A stretch of DNA of 64,000 bases, taken from assembly GCA_030614785.1 (NCBI GenBank), contig JAUWTJ010000001.1, forward strand, positions 65,180 to 129,179, written 5' to 3'. This document shows, in pieces, positions 29,007 through 39,279 of this stretch (within the stretch, counting starts at the first letter, position 1; the number at the start of each line of letters is the position of its first letter). The DNA comes from Alphaproteobacteria bacterium. GTDB lineage: Bacteria; Pseudomonadota; Alphaproteobacteria; M2410. The position numbers were made by a program, and so were the translations under genes. A model generated the notes under the pieces. The model did no database searches, was not told the DNA's origin, and was given only the letters and a program-made list of their open reading frames with translations.

Positions 29007-30668
29007 ATGAATAGAGCTGACCGGCGCAAGACCGCAAAAACCAGTAAAGAACGAATAGACGAGTATAACGAGGCCGGACGTCAAATGATGATGCCGGGCG
29101 GCGATGCCCGTCAGGCCCAAAGCCTTTTTCGTCAGGTTCTTTCTGTGGATCCAGGCGATGCCCATGCAAACCATTATCTGGGCGTGATGGAGATGTGGAC
29201 CCGTAACTACAAGAAGGCTGAAGAACTCTTTACCCGCTCTCATAATAGAGACCCGCACAATTCAATGGTAGCCAACAATCTTGGCCTCGCATTGCACGAA
29301 CAAGGGCGACTCGCCGAGGCTATGGCTGCGTATGAAATAGCTCTCAAGTCTGATTCGAACAACGTGGAGGCCCGGGTCAATTTAGCCAGAGGTCTGCTGC
29401 AAACCAACCAGCGGGATCGCGCACTGGCAGAAGCACAAAAAGCGGTGACCATGAAGCCTGAATTCGGAACAGCGCAATTTATGCTGGGTACCATTGCACA
29501 GGAAATGGACGAGATCGAACTCGCCAGAAATGCACTTCAAAAAGCCGTAAGTCTCATCCCGGGACACAGGGAAGCCAACTTTCGTCTCTGTCGTTTGGAA
29601 TTTGATCCTGCAGATCCGGAAGGCTACCTCAAACCTTCAGCAACAGCTCTTGAAGCCAATGCAGACAATGCCAGCGCCGCCCTGACCTGGTCAGAACTCC
29701 TCATGGGCGCGGGCAAGTTTACCGAAGCAAAAGAGGTTCTCGAAAAACATGTTGGAACAGATGCACTGGCCGTCAAATCAGGTATTCTGACCAACCTGGC
29801 CAATGCCTATGCCAATCTCGGTGACTATGACACTGCAATCACATGGCACAAGAAGGCGATAGCCACCGACATAAATGACCCGGGGAACCGCTTGTTTTAC
29901 GGCCGCACCTTGCTGCAATCAGGTGACTACAAGGCGGCAGGTGAGCAACTGTGGAAGGCAAGGCAGGGATCACCCTTTTCCCAGGACCTCATTGCCATGT
30001 TGATGCTTGCGCAAAAGCTTGCTGGTCAAACCGATGCCAGTGTTTCAGATCCTGACGATCTCATTAGCGTTTCCGCTCTTGAGCCCAAAGAAGCCTGGTC
30101 TTCCGTTGAAGACCTGAACAAATCTCTTTTGAAAGATCTGGCCAGCATTGAGAAACATAGCGTTCATCCCTTTGACAAAAACCGCCGCCATGCGGACAGT
30201 ATCTGGGAAACAGTCCTCGGAATGCAAGACGTTGAGTCGATTGCTTGTCTCAGAGATTTGATTCAGGAGAAAATTATCAGCTACGTTACTGATATGCCGG
30301 ATGATATGGACAATCACCCACTGTATGGCGGCAAGAAATTCGGGCCCGGCCCCTCAGGATCCTTCGTTGAGACAGTTAATAATTTCGAGGATTTTTCCTA
30401 TGCGATTGACCAGCAGGGATGGTTCCGGATGATTTATTTCATTGATGTCCCGAAGGCCTGCGACGATGGCGACAAAAGAGCCGGTTGGCTGCGGTTTGGC
30501 GTTCCACATTTTGATACTGTGAACACCGGTAAACCCGACCACGAAGTCAAGCCCGTCGCCGGTCAAATAGTCATTTTCCCGGCTTTCTATTGGCACGGGT
30601 TCAACGCAATGATCGCCGATGAAGAATTGACCTTCCTGTCCGTTCAGGTCAGAAACGCAGTCACATAG
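29007..30668 (+). CDS. TPR-repeat protein with C-terminal putative 2OG-Fe(II)-oxygenase-like domain.
   Basis: N-terminal TPR repeats (YLGVMEMWTRNYKKAEELF, ALHEQGRLAEAMAAYEIALK); C-terminal region with HxD...H-like spacing (PHFDTV...FYWHGF). Confidence 0.55.
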   Translation: MNRADRRKTAKTSKERIDEYNEAGRQMMMPGGDARQAQSLFRQVLSVDPGDAHANHYLGVMEMWTRNYKKAEELFTRSHNRDPHNSMVANNLGLALHEQGRLAEAMAAYEIALKSDSNNVEARVNLARGLLQTNQRDRALAEAQKAVTMKPEFGTAQFMLGTIAQEMDEIELARNALQKAVSLIPGHREANFRLCRLEFDPADPEGYLKPSATALEANADNASAALTWSELLMGAGKFTEAKEVLEKHVGTDALAVKSGILTNLANAYANLGDYDTAITWHKKAIATDINDPGNRLFYGRTLLQSGDYKAAGEQLWKARQGSPFSQDLIAMLMLAQKLAGQTDASVSDPDDLISVSALEPKEAWSSVEDLNKSLLKDLASIEKHSVHPFDKNRRHADSIWETVLGMQDVESIACLRDLIQEKIISYVTDMPDDMDNHPLYGGKKFGPGPSGSFVETVNNFEDFSYAIDQQGWFRMIYFIDVPKACDDGDKRAGWLRFGVPHFDTVNTGKPDHEVKPVAGQIVIFPAFYWHGFNAMIADEELTFLSVQVRNAVT

Positions 30669-30818
30669 AATGGGTGCATTCGGTGTTTGTGATGCAGAAC
30701 CGATGAACCAAGGTTAAGCCTGGCATTTGCTGGTAGAACCTCGGGATCACCGAAGAAAAGATAAACGAGGCACTGGTTGAAGCCCGACTCAAGTTCGGTC
30801 CGAACAACTGAATATGAA

Positions 30819-30843
30819 AGGGCCGCCGTTTTCCGGCGGCCCC
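30819..30843. terminator. Bidirectional rho-independent-terminator-like hairpin between convergent genes.
   Basis: GGGCCGCCG-TTTT-CCGGCGGCCC stem-loop, A/T-rich flanks on both strands. Confidence 0.45.
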
Positions 30844-30874
30844 ATTAGTCAAAACGACTTGAAGAAGCCCAAAA

Positions 30875-31411
30875 TCACTTTTCTACTTTTGCGTCTTCGT
30901 CTCCTTCATCCAACTCAAAATCAAATTCCAGTTCAATTCCATGTTCCTTGAGCTGTTTGCGCACGTCTTCTTCATTGTTACCTTTGATGACAATAACCTT
31001 CTTGTGTGCACCCTCATGCTTCACAGGTTTATCGCCTTTCACGATGAAGACGTACTCTCCATTGGATTCAACGGTCTCGCCGTGATCATCGTCGTATTTC
31101 ACGACCCATTTATGCTTTTTGCGGTCAGAGCCAGCATGACCAAAAAAGTCATGGTCGCCCATTCCAGGAATACCATCGGCCTTCAACAATGCCAGTTGCT
31201 CCTGCACCTCCGGCGATGCCGCATCTCCTTCTATATGGATGGGCTCTTCGCCATCCCGTTTGACAACAATACTGACTTTCCTTTCCGCATCACCATGATC
31301 ACCATCGACCGTGACAAAGATTTCATGATCAGTTTCGGATGCCATTTGTGTTGTTTTACATCCGGAAACAAAAATTGCCCCGGCTGCCATTAGCGCTATT
31401 GCAATACGCAT
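30875..31411 (-). CDS. Acidic lipoprotein of unknown function.
   Basis: Signal peptide with lipobox (AIFVSGC); His/Asp/Glu/Lys-rich mature region. Confidence 0.55.
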   Translation of the reverse strand: MRIAIALMAAGAIFVSGCKTTQMASETDHEIFVTVDGDHGDAERKVSIVVKRDGEEPIHIEGDAASPEVQEQLALLKADGIPGMGDHDFFGHAGSDRKKHKWVVKYDDDHGETVESNGEYVFIVKGDKPVKHEGAHKKVIVIKGNNEEDVRKQLKEHGIELEFDFELDEGDEDAKVEK

Positions 31412-31526
31412 AGTGAACTCCTTTGTTGCCCCATACCGGTGTGGATAGTGTCCTCTGGCATCTTACGAGATCCATTCCGGAGTATTAACACGTGGCAATC
31501 TGATCCGCGCTTTTCCTATCTCGATT

Positions 31527-33314
31527 TTGCGCCAATCTCTTTCAAGTGTTAGCTTTACCATTGAGCCAGTTGATTCGACGGCCAAAGACCGAGGCAAAAT
31601 GAAAAAAAACAGGTGTGCGGCTTGCACAGGCACGCGTGACAATCCCCGAACGGTCACCTCTCTGTCGATAAGTGGATTGGCGCTTTTTTTCATCGTGTGC
31701 CTTGCCCCCTTGCCGGCCTTCGCCGACGACGCCGCTGTTCTTACCATCACACCCGGCATCCTCAGCCTGCTTCCCGCTATCATCGCGATATCCTTTGCCT
31801 TTCTCTTGCGTCAGGTCATCCCTGCAATATTCGCCGGGCTGTGGGCCGGGGCTATCCTGACACACGGCATAAGCATCAAGGGCCTGTGGCAAGGCCTTTT
31901 GGACAGCGTTGGCGTCTACATTCTGAATGCCCTGGCCGACAAGGATCACATGTCAATTATCATCTTTAGCCTGATGATAGGCGGTATGGTCGGTATCATC
32001 AGTCGCAATGGCGGCATGGCCGGTATCGTTCGCAGCCTGTCCGCCATCGCATCGACACGCGAACGTGGACAGATTGCGACAAGCCTCCTCGGGACGGCGA
32101 TATTCTTTGATGACTACGCCAACACAATGGTCGTTGGCAATACCATGCGCCCCATCACAGATCGCCTCAAAATCTCCAGAGAAAAACTGGCTTATCTGGT
32201 TGATTCCACCGCCGCGCCGGTCGCGTCCATTGCCCTGGTTACAACCTGGATCGGATTTCAGGTCGGTCTGATTGATGATGCCACAAGGGACCTTGACGGC
32301 ATTACGCAGAGCGGTTACGCAATCTTCCTGAGCGCCCTTCCCTACGGGTTCTATTCAATCCTCGCCATTGTCTTTGTCTATCTCATAGCTGCCAGCGGTC
32401 GTGACTTTGGTCCCATGCTTGAGGCAGAACAAAATGCAGCCACGTCTGTTCCTGGATATGAAGGCCCCACTTTTGAAACGCCCGAAGCCCCTGCCAGAGC
32501 AATCAACGCTCTTCTGCCACTAGGTGTTCTGATCCTGGGAACTCTCGCCGGGATCTATTGGACCGGAAAGGCCGGACTGCCAGAAACAGCGTCCTTGCTG
32601 GACATTATCGGTAACGGCAACTCTTATCAGGCGATGCTTTGGTCTTCCACTCTTGCAGTGATAACCGCCATTGCCATGTCGCTCGTCACGCGGAGCCTCG
32701 CTCTTGAGGAGGCCCTCAATGCCTGGATGGAAGGCCTCAAGGTCCTTGTTCCGGCCATCATAATCCTGACCCTCGCGTGGTCTCTTGCCGGGGTCAATGA
32801 AGCGCTTCATACCGCCGAATTTCTCTCGACAACCTTGTCAGGCCAGATCGCGCCAGCTTTCTTGCCAACCTTGATTTTTGTTCTCGCCGCAGCGATGGCC
32901 TTTGCGACAGGGTCCAGTTGGGGCGTTATGGGTATTCTCATACCCCTTGCTGTTCCTCTCACATGGGCGGTTCTCGCGCCGACCGGCGTCGATGTCGCCA
33001 GCAGCCCGATTTTCCTTGCAAGCACTGCAGCACTACTTTCCGGCGCAGTATGGGGAGATCATTGTTCGCCGATTTCCGACACGACCATTCTGTCATCAAT
33101 GGCGTCAGGCTGCGACCACATCGCTCACATCAAGACACAGATCCCCTATGCGCTCACAGTTGGTATTGTCGCAATCCTCGCAGGCTCATTGCCGACCGGA
33201 TTCGGTGTGCCGGTCTGGCTCTGCCTCGCGGCAGGTGTTTCAGTGCTTGTCGGTATTATCACAGTCTTTGGCAAACCGGCGAGTATCCGCGAAGCAGATC
33301 AACCGAATAATTGA
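31527..33314 (+). CDS. Na+/H+ antiporter NhaC-family transporter (likely start at 31599, MKKNRC...).
   Basis: ~11-12 TM segments; NhaC-family-like loops (MVVGNTMRPITDRLKISREKLAYLVDSTAAPVASIALV). Confidence 0.6.
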   Translation: MRQSLSSVSFTIEPVDSTAKDRGKMKKNRCAACTGTRDNPRTVTSLSISGLALFFIVCLAPLPAFADDAAVLTITPGILSLLPAIIAISFAFLLRQVIPAIFAGLWAGAILTHGISIKGLWQGLLDSVGVYILNALADKDHMSIIIFSLMIGGMVGIISRNGGMAGIVRSLSAIASTRERGQIATSLLGTAIFFDDYANTMVVGNTMRPITDRLKISREKLAYLVDSTAAPVASIALVTTWIGFQVGLIDDATRDLDGITQSGYAIFLSALPYGFYSILAIVFVYLIAASGRDFGPMLEAEQNAATSVPGYEGPTFETPEAPARAINALLPLGVLILGTLAGIYWTGKAGLPETASLLDIIGNGNSYQAMLWSSTLAVITAIAMSLVTRSLALEEALNAWMEGLKVLVPAIIILTLAWSLAGVNEALHTAEFLSTTLSGQIAPAFLPTLIFVLAAAMAFATGSSWGVMGILIPLAVPLTWAVLAPTGVDVASSPIFLASTAALLSGAVWGDHCSPISDTTILSSMASGCDHIAHIKTQIPYALTVGIVAILAGSLPTGFGVPVWLCLAAGVSVLVGIITVFGKPASIREADQPNN

Positions 33315-33910
33315 TCAATTTCATCCTGAGACTGAGCATCTGAAGAGCCGTCACCGCTTTCTTCTCGATTGGACATCTCGGAAGAGCCGCCGGGTTTCAA
33401 TCTGGCATCCTCGGAACCGCTGTGAATGATCGCATTGAGCTCAGACAGATGGTCCTGCATTTCGGCTTGCGCACTATTTACAATAGTGCGGGTTTGATTA
33501 TCGAAGGTGCCGTCGGCGGCGCCTGCGTTCATCAACACATCCAGGACTGAAAGAATAAGACTATCCAGTTGTGAAACCGCACTTTCAAATCGTGTGCGAA
33601 CTTCTGGCGACGCCATGCCCCAGGCCTTGATAACAAGATCACGCGCGACAAATCCGCTATCCTGAAAATGCTCCACATAGGTCGCCGGGCGCCATCCTGC
33701 AGCCTCTTCCATGAGGTCGGGCATATCCAATGCCATTTCCAGCAACATCACGATTTCATTAAAGTGATTGAGATAATCGGTCGCAAGGAAGCTGTCCGGA
33801 TTGATATTGGCTGCAGCCAATTCAGATCGGAATACCTCTTCCTCGGATGTAAGCCTGTCTTCCACTGCAATCCACCCCTGGCCTTCCGGCGCACTTCTAG
33901 CTGTTCTCAA
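33299..33910 (-). CDS. Hypothetical acidic protein.
   Basis: 203-aa ORF convergent with nhaC (16-nt tail overlap); no recognisable motifs. Confidence 0.4.
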   Translation of the reverse strand: MRTARSAPEGQGWIAVEDRLTSEEEVFRSELAAANINPDSFLATDYLNHFNEIVMLLEMALDMPDLMEEAAGWRPATYVEHFQDSGFVARDLVIKAWGMASPEVRTRFESAVSQLDSLILSVLDVLMNAGAADGTFDNQTRTIVNSAQAEMQDHLSELNAIIHSGSEDARLKPGGSSEMSNREESGDGSSDAQSQDEIDQLFG

Positions 33911-33979
33911 TCTAGATCAAGAATGATGACTTTCAGTTAACAGGTGGCAGAAGGACACCAATTGTGAGGTTTTATGATC

Positions 33980-35704
33980 TCAAAAACAACTCTGAAGGAC
34001 CGAGCAGGCACTCGATAGAACCTCGGGTGGCAGGCCGTTGGCATCAATTCTGTTCCATGTGACTTCGCCGGCTCCTCTGGCGAGTTGATCGCAAATGACC
34101 TGTCTGTCCGCGTCTGAAACATCTGATGTTCGTGCTGAGACCCGCTCCATAACCAGGTCCCTGTCGGCCTCCAGCCACAGGCCGCAAAAAGGAATCCGTC
34201 TTTTTGCGGCAATATCTTCGAGCTGGGCGCGGCGTTCATCATCCAGAAATGTTGCATCGACAATCACACTAAACCCGCTTGTCAAGGCACGATGAGCATC
34301 GCGGCAGAGCGCTCGAAAGACCCGCTTGTTAACCCTGAAGGCGTAGGCCCCTTTCGGCAAGGGTACGAGAGCGGACTGATGGAAAAGATGCTTTCTCACG
34401 GCATCACTTCTGAGGACAATTGCCCCTGCATGTGAAAAATTCGACGTTGCCACTCGGCGCGCCAGCGTCGACTTGCCAGTTCCGGAAACACCGCCGATCG
34501 CAACAAGCACCGGAGCGGAGCGTTCAAGAAAGGCTCCCGCAAGATCGAAGTAAGTCTGGGCCGCAATCTTGTCGGCAGTATCTGCGTGCGAGGACTGAAA
34601 TTCCAGAGCATGAACCATAGCGCGCACACCCGCGCGCAGCGACATGAAAAGAGGAAGAACGTGCAGCCCCGAATAATCCCCGGTCATTTCCAGATAGCGA
34701 TTGAGAAGCAGGTTGCCAAGACCAAAGGCACGAGCGCAAATCAGATCCATGACCGGAAAGGCCAGATCATACATCACATCAATTGAGGAGTACTCATCCC
34801 CAAACTCAATAGCATCAAAGGGTGTCGGACGTCCGTTTATAAGGCAGATATTACTGAGATGAAGGTCCCCGTGGCACTGCCGAACAAACCCTGCTCGCCG
34901 CCTTAAATCGAGACGCCGAGAATGGCGCTCAAGCTCCACCTCCATTGCTTGCGCCCAATTTGCGACGGACCCTGTCGAAAACAAATCCCCGTCAAACCTC
35001 GACAATGTTTTAACGAGACCTTGAAGCGTATGTCTTACCGATTCTCCTCCACCAAACTCCGGCCGCCATTCAGAACTCAGATGCAATTTCGCAATTTGCT
35101 CGGCTAGATCTGAGATCAAGGTCTCCTTGAGGTCGTTTCTGGCATAAAGACGATTGAACAATGTTTGGTCGTCGAAGCGATTCATCCTGACGATATATTC
35201 GACGACCTTGCCATCGCCGTCGAACTCAAACCCGGTGTCGCAAGCCGTAATGGCTGAAACACCGAGATATATTTCAGGGGCTGTCCGCCGGTTAATCTCT
35301 ACCTCGCGCTCACAGGCCACCCGCCGATCTTCCAGTGTGGTGAAATCAAGAAACTCCAGCTTGACAGCTCTTTTCAGTTTCCAGGCAAAAGCACCAACAA
35401 GAAAGACGTGGGATATATGGGTGACAATGTGTTCATCGGGTGCCTGGCCAAAAGCGCCGCCCCCGGAGAGGAATCGGATCACATCACCCTGGCGAACAGG
35501 AGCCTCAACACCTGATGCTTCGTCGGGACGATATTCCGCGCTCTTCAATTTTCGGTGACCCTGTCCCAACGCAACTCTCCGATCCAATATCCAGGACCAA
35601 CTGCCGAAAACCTTTTCGCGGCCTGCAGATCCTGCGTCATATCCCCGGGGCAAGATCTGAATTAGAGTACCAAATGGCGAAAAATAAAAGTCCAAAGCGT
35701 TCAA
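33980..35704 (-). CDS. Bifunctional aminoglycoside-phosphotransferase-like (kinase fold) / P-loop ATP-binding protein.
   Basis: APH/Ser-Thr-kinase-like catalytic motif HGDLHLSNICL plus C-terminal Walker A GVSGTGKSTLA and ...VIVDATF Walker B. Confidence 0.7.
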   Translation of the reverse strand: MNALDFYFSPFGTLIQILPRGYDAGSAGREKVFGSWSWILDRRVALGQGHRKLKSAEYRPDEASGVEAPVRQGDVIRFLSGGGAFGQAPDEHIVTHISHVFLVGAFAWKLKRAVKLEFLDFTTLEDRRVACEREVEINRRTAPEIYLGVSAITACDTGFEFDGDGKVVEYIVRMNRFDDQTLFNRLYARNDLKETLISDLAEQIAKLHLSSEWRPEFGGGESVRHTLQGLVKTLSRFDGDLFSTGSVANWAQAMEVELERHSRRLDLRRRAGFVRQCHGDLHLSNICLINGRPTPFDAIEFGDEYSSIDVMYDLAFPVMDLICARAFGLGNLLLNRYLEMTGDYSGLHVLPLFMSLRAGVRAMVHALEFQSSHADTADKIAAQTYFDLAGAFLERSAPVLVAIGGVSGTGKSTLARRVATSNFSHAGAIVLRSDAVRKHLFHQSALVPLPKGAYAFRVNKRVFRALCRDAHRALTSGFSVIVDATFLDDERRAQLEDIAAKRRIPFCGLWLEADRDLVMERVSARTSDVSDADRQVICDQLARGAGEVTWNRIDANGLPPEVLSSACSVLQSCF

Positions 35705-35820
35705 AGATCTATGGCATATTGCCGCGGAGCAACCTCCGGCATACTCGGTTTTCGCTAAAGACTGCGCCCTTGCAGAGATTGAGTTTCATTCTGATTTCCA
35801 CCGTCACAAGGATTAACCCT

Positions 35821-36918
35821 ATGACCAAAACTATCGATTTCCAGGTCAGGCGTGACAATATCGCCGTCACCCGCACAGTTTCCTTAACAGGCCAGTCAGA
35901 AGCCGATCTGACCGATGGTGAAGTTCTCCTCCACCTCGACCGCTTCGCTTTTACCGCCAACAACATCACCTATGCGGTGGCGGGCGACATGATGTCTTAT
36001 TGGAATTTCTTTCCGGCCGCGGACGGGTGGGGCCGCATTCCGGTCTGGGGTTTTGGAGATGTCATCGCATCAAGACACGGGAGTATTGAGGTCGGCGCGC
36101 GCTACTACGGATATTTTCCTATGTCGACACACCTGACCATCAAGCCGGACCGTGTCACCGATCAGGGCTTTTCCGATGGCTGCGATCACCGCAAGGATCT
36201 CCATGCCGTTTACAACCAGTACACAGCAACAACAAACGATCCGATATACACCTCCGCAAGCGAGGACCTGCAGTTGCTCTTTCGACCACTCTTCACAACT
36301 GCTTTTCTGATCGATGATTTCCTTGATGACAATGCATATTTCGGCGCTGATCAGGTTATCGTTTCAAGCGCATCAGCCAAGACAGCCTTTGGCACCGCCC
36401 GCCTTCTGTCCGCCCGCAAGTCCTGCCAGGTCATCGGCCTGACGTCGCAAGCCAACAAGGACTTTGTGACCGGCCTTGGCTGCTACGATAAAGTCGGAAC
36501 CTACGAAGATGTTGAAACTCTTGATACTGGTGCAGCGGCCGCTTTCGTCGATATTGCAGGTAATGGGTCGGTTCGCGCCCGGCTCCATCATCACTTCAAG
36601 GGCAACCTCAAATATTCATGTACCGTCGGCGCCTCGCACTGGAACCAGGGCGCGGACACCGGCGATCTGCCCGGCGCAAAACCGATGCTCTTTTTTGCTC
36701 CCGCGCAGGGACAAAAACGCAATCAGGATTGGGGCCCCGCCGTCTTTCAGGAACGGTTCATGGCCGCATGGATCGATTTCACCGGGTTCATCGCAGACCA
36801 GATCTCCATTGACCACGATATCGGTACCGCGGCGATCGAGACCCTCTACCAGGCCATGCTGGCAGGCAATGTTGCGCCCGATCACGCGCACATCGCCGGC
36901 TTTGATATTGAGAGCTAG
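35821..36918 (+). CDS. DUF2855-like hypothetical protein (track ORF starts at 35440, but the likely start is ATG 35821 with AAGGA SD).
   Basis: Coding-like region begins at MTKTIDFQVRRDNIAV...; the upstream 127 codons overlap the convergent kinase gene. Confidence 0.5.
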   Translation: MTKTIDFQVRRDNIAVTRTVSLTGQSEADLTDGEVLLHLDRFAFTANNITYAVAGDMMSYWNFFPAADGWGRIPVWGFGDVIASRHGSIEVGARYYGYFPMSTHLTIKPDRVTDQGFSDGCDHRKDLHAVYNQYTATTNDPIYTSASEDLQLLFRPLFTTAFLIDDFLDDNAYFGADQVIVSSASAKTAFGTARLLSARKSCQVIGLTSQANKDFVTGLGCYDKVGTYEDVETLDTGAAAAFVDIAGNGSVRARLHHHFKGNLKYSCTVGASHWNQGADTGDLPGAKPMLFFAPAQGQKRNQDWGPAVFQERFMAAWIDFTGFIADQISIDHDIGTAAIETLYQAMLAGNVAPDHAHIAGFDIES

Positions 36919-37772
36919 TCCCGCCCTGGGTAGCTCGCACCCATGCCGGCGCGAACATCGTTTTGCAGACCATAGGCCGGGATTGGATAGCGCAGACCGT
37001 TGCGCGCCAAATGCTCAAGACCGTCGATAACCTTGGGCAAAAAGTGCGGCGGCAACGCCATAAGAAGCTCATCCTCCATCACGCCGCCATAGCGCCGCTC
37101 CGCAAAGCAAGGGATCGAAAGGCTCGGCTCACCCGTCGCCCGCGCTCGGCCCCAGGAATCGGCACAGGCACTTTCACCGACACAGCCCCATTCCAGTTTC
37201 TTGTATCCCGTCCACTGCAATCCGTTGATAAAGAGGATCATCTGCGCCGGGGTTGCGTAGATGAGACAAATGTCCGGTTGGCCAAGGCGGCCAGCCGCGA
37301 GCGGCGAGACCGCCATCGCTTCAAATTGCCCGTAGGGCATCACATCCATCGCCGCCTGATGGGCTGCGGCGTCTTCCGGGCTGTCATACCAGACCCCGGC
37401 ATAGTTGGCGCCCGCCTGCCACTCCTCATCCTGCGCTCCAAGACCCAGCACAGCGGCGCACTGCGACCCGACAAGATCCTTCGCTGTCACACCGACCGTC
37501 CAGTTGAGCCTTGCTGCCTGGCCGACGATCTGATCCGCTGCGAGGATATGATCGGGCCGTCTTAATTTCGGGACAGTGGCCAGATCACTTTCCTTCTCGA
37601 ACCACTTCATGCCGATCGGCGTGGTTCGCAATCGGAGCAATCGGTTGAGATCATCGACCAGAGCAGGCCATTCATAGGCATCCGGATTTAATTCAGTATC
37701 GGCGGTCACAGGCTTTCTCCCTTGCATCATTCTTGATGAAGGCATTAAAGGCTGCATACTCCAATCAAGCAA
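36915..37772 (-). CDS. DUF169-like hypothetical protein.
   Basis: 285-aa ORF, 4-nt overlap with the DUF2855 stop; family assignment is from memory only. Confidence 0.4.
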   Translation of the reverse strand: MLDWSMQPLMPSSRMMQGRKPVTADTELNPDAYEWPALVDDLNRLLRLRTTPIGMKWFEKESDLATVPKLRRPDHILAADQIVGQAARLNWTVGVTAKDLVGSQCAAVLGLGAQDEEWQAGANYAGVWYDSPEDAAAHQAAMDVMPYGQFEAMAVSPLAAGRLGQPDICLIYATPAQMILFINGLQWTGYKKLEWGCVGESACADSWGRARATGEPSLSIPCFAERRYGGVMEDELLMALPPHFLPKVIDGLEHLARNGLRYPIPAYGLQNDVRAGMGASYPGRD

Positions 37773-37856
37773 CAGGAAACGCTATCAACTTCCCGCACAA
37801 GAAAGCCGCCAGCGCGTGGGCGTCCGGCGGCTCTTGTACAAAACTTGGAGTATTGC

Positions 37857-38621
37857 CTATCCGACCAGGCGAACGATCTCTGCAATATTTGAGTGCAGAT
37901 TGGTAACGACCTGTCTGATTTCATTTGTTGCATCGGTTGTCTGACCTGACAGCGCCTTGACTTCATGGGCAACCACAGCAAAGCCGCGCCCCGCATCACC
38001 GGCCCGCGCGGCCTCAATCGTCGCGTTGAGAGCAAGAAGTTTAGTCTGGCTTGCGACCAGGTCAATCTTCTCGGCGACACTCCCGACCCGCTTAATCTCA
38101 GCCTGCAGCTGTTCGATTTGGCGGCGAATAATCTCAAAATCCTGAGTAGATTCTTCTACATTCTTACTCGTACTCAACTCCATTACAGCCAGCTCCTCTT
38201 GTTGTTCATTTCTATATTCGTTTGCAGCTTCAATCATTACCGTGGCCAACAAGGTATAGGCCGCAAGCCACGCATCTTTGACCTCATCCGTAAAGGCATC
38301 CCCCAGCCCCTGTTCCAGGGTCCAGATCAGCGCCTGGCCAACAACATCATAGTGCCAGTCCTCGACGCCGTACCCGACATGGGAAGCCCCAAGCTGTTGA
38401 ACAGTCGGCACGATTGTCTCAAGGTCAGTAAGGCCCGAAACTACAGTTGCCAATGCCGCCATCAGCTTTTTGCCCTGCTCTGTCACATCTTCAGGAAACA
38501 TCGCGCGGGTCGAGGGTTCGATCTCAAACAGCCGACCATAAAACAGATCTGCTGCTGCTTCCTTGATTGGTACGACAAGCTTGAACGTATCCTGAACAAG
38601 AGCAATTTGATCGGCTTCCAT
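37857..38621 (-). CDS. Mini globin-coupled sensor: N-terminal sensor globin fused to only the hairpin-tip segment (~110 aa) of an MCP signalling domain.
   Basis: Globin ([17 protein letters not shown]...[14 protein letters not shown]) followed by [33 protein letters not shown] and no HAMP or methylation helices. Confidence 0.8.
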   Translation of the reverse strand: MEADQIALVQDTFKLVVPIKEAAADLFYGRLFEIEPSTRAMFPEDVTEQGKKLMAALATVVSGLTDLETIVPTVQQLGASHVGYGVEDWHYDVVGQALIWTLEQGLGDAFTDEVKDAWLAAYTLLATVMIEAANEYRNEQQEELAVMELSTSKNVEESTQDFEIIRRQIEQLQAEIKRVGSVAEKIDLVASQTKLLALNATIEAARAGDAGRGFAVVAHEVKALSGQTTDATNEIRQVVTNLHSNIAEIVRLVG

Positions 38622-38770
38622 AATTATCCCCTTCTCTATCGATCCTCAGAAAACCTCCATTTGACTGGACATCTCCTTCATCGGATCAAATATCCCACAG
38701 AGAAATTAAAGCCCAATTAACCACGCCTGCAAACTTGAAAGTTGCTGTCAAAAAATACCTCACCGGAGCG

Positions 38771-38802
38771 AAAAAAGCCGTCGGCACCATGGCACCGACG
38801 GC
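38771..38802 (-). terminator. Rho-independent terminator for the downstream globin gene (minus strand).
   Basis: Hairpin GCCGTCGG-loop-CCGACGGC followed on the minus strand by a TTTTTT run. Confidence 0.5.
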
Positions 38803-38841
38803 TGATATCTCGGGAAAAACCCGGGATCATCAGGATAACGT

Positions 38842-39279
38842 TTATGATGCTTGCGCTTCTTGTTGGCTGCGGTGCTCGTTTGCAGCATCAGTCATAACAT
38901 TGGCAAGCAACGTATAGGCCGCAAGCCAGGCGTCCCTGACCTCAACAGTAAAGGCATCGCCCAGACCCTGTTCCAGGGTCCAGATCAAAGCCTCACCGAC
39001 CACACCGTAGTGCTCATCCTTGACCCCGTACCCGACATGGGAAACGCCAAGTTTTTGTACCGTCGGCACGATTGTCTCAAGGGCGGTAAGGCCCGATACC
39101 ACAGTCCCCAGCGCCGCCATCAGCTTCTTGCCCTGCTCCGTCACATCTTCAGGAAACATTGGCCTCACTGAAGGTTCAAGTTCAAACAAACGATTGTAGA
39201 AAAGCTCTGCAGCAGTTTCCTTGATTGGCACGACCAGTTTGAATGTGTCCTGCACAAGGGCTATTTGGTTGGCTTCCAT
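38842..39279 (-). CDS. Single-domain sensor-type globin, tandem paralog (~85% identical to the globin domain of 37857..38621).
   Basis: [42 protein letters not shown]... Confidence 0.8.
   Translation of the reverse strand: MEANQIALVQDTFKLVVPIKETAAELFYNRLFELEPSVRPMFPEDVTEQGKKLMAALGTVVSGLTALETIVPTVQKLGVSHVGYGVKDEHYGVVGEALIWTLEQGLGDAFTVEVRDAWLAAYTLLANVMTDAANEHRSQQEAQAS

Noticed and set aside
35440-35820. Upstream 127-codon extension of the DUF2855 ORF
   Set aside because: The extension overlaps the convergent kinase gene and translates to low-complexity R/P-rich sequence; ATG at 35821 has a proper SD.
37965-38720. 251-aa plus-strand ORF opposite the globin-MCP gene
   Set aside because: Antisense to a gene with clear globin and MCP motifs.
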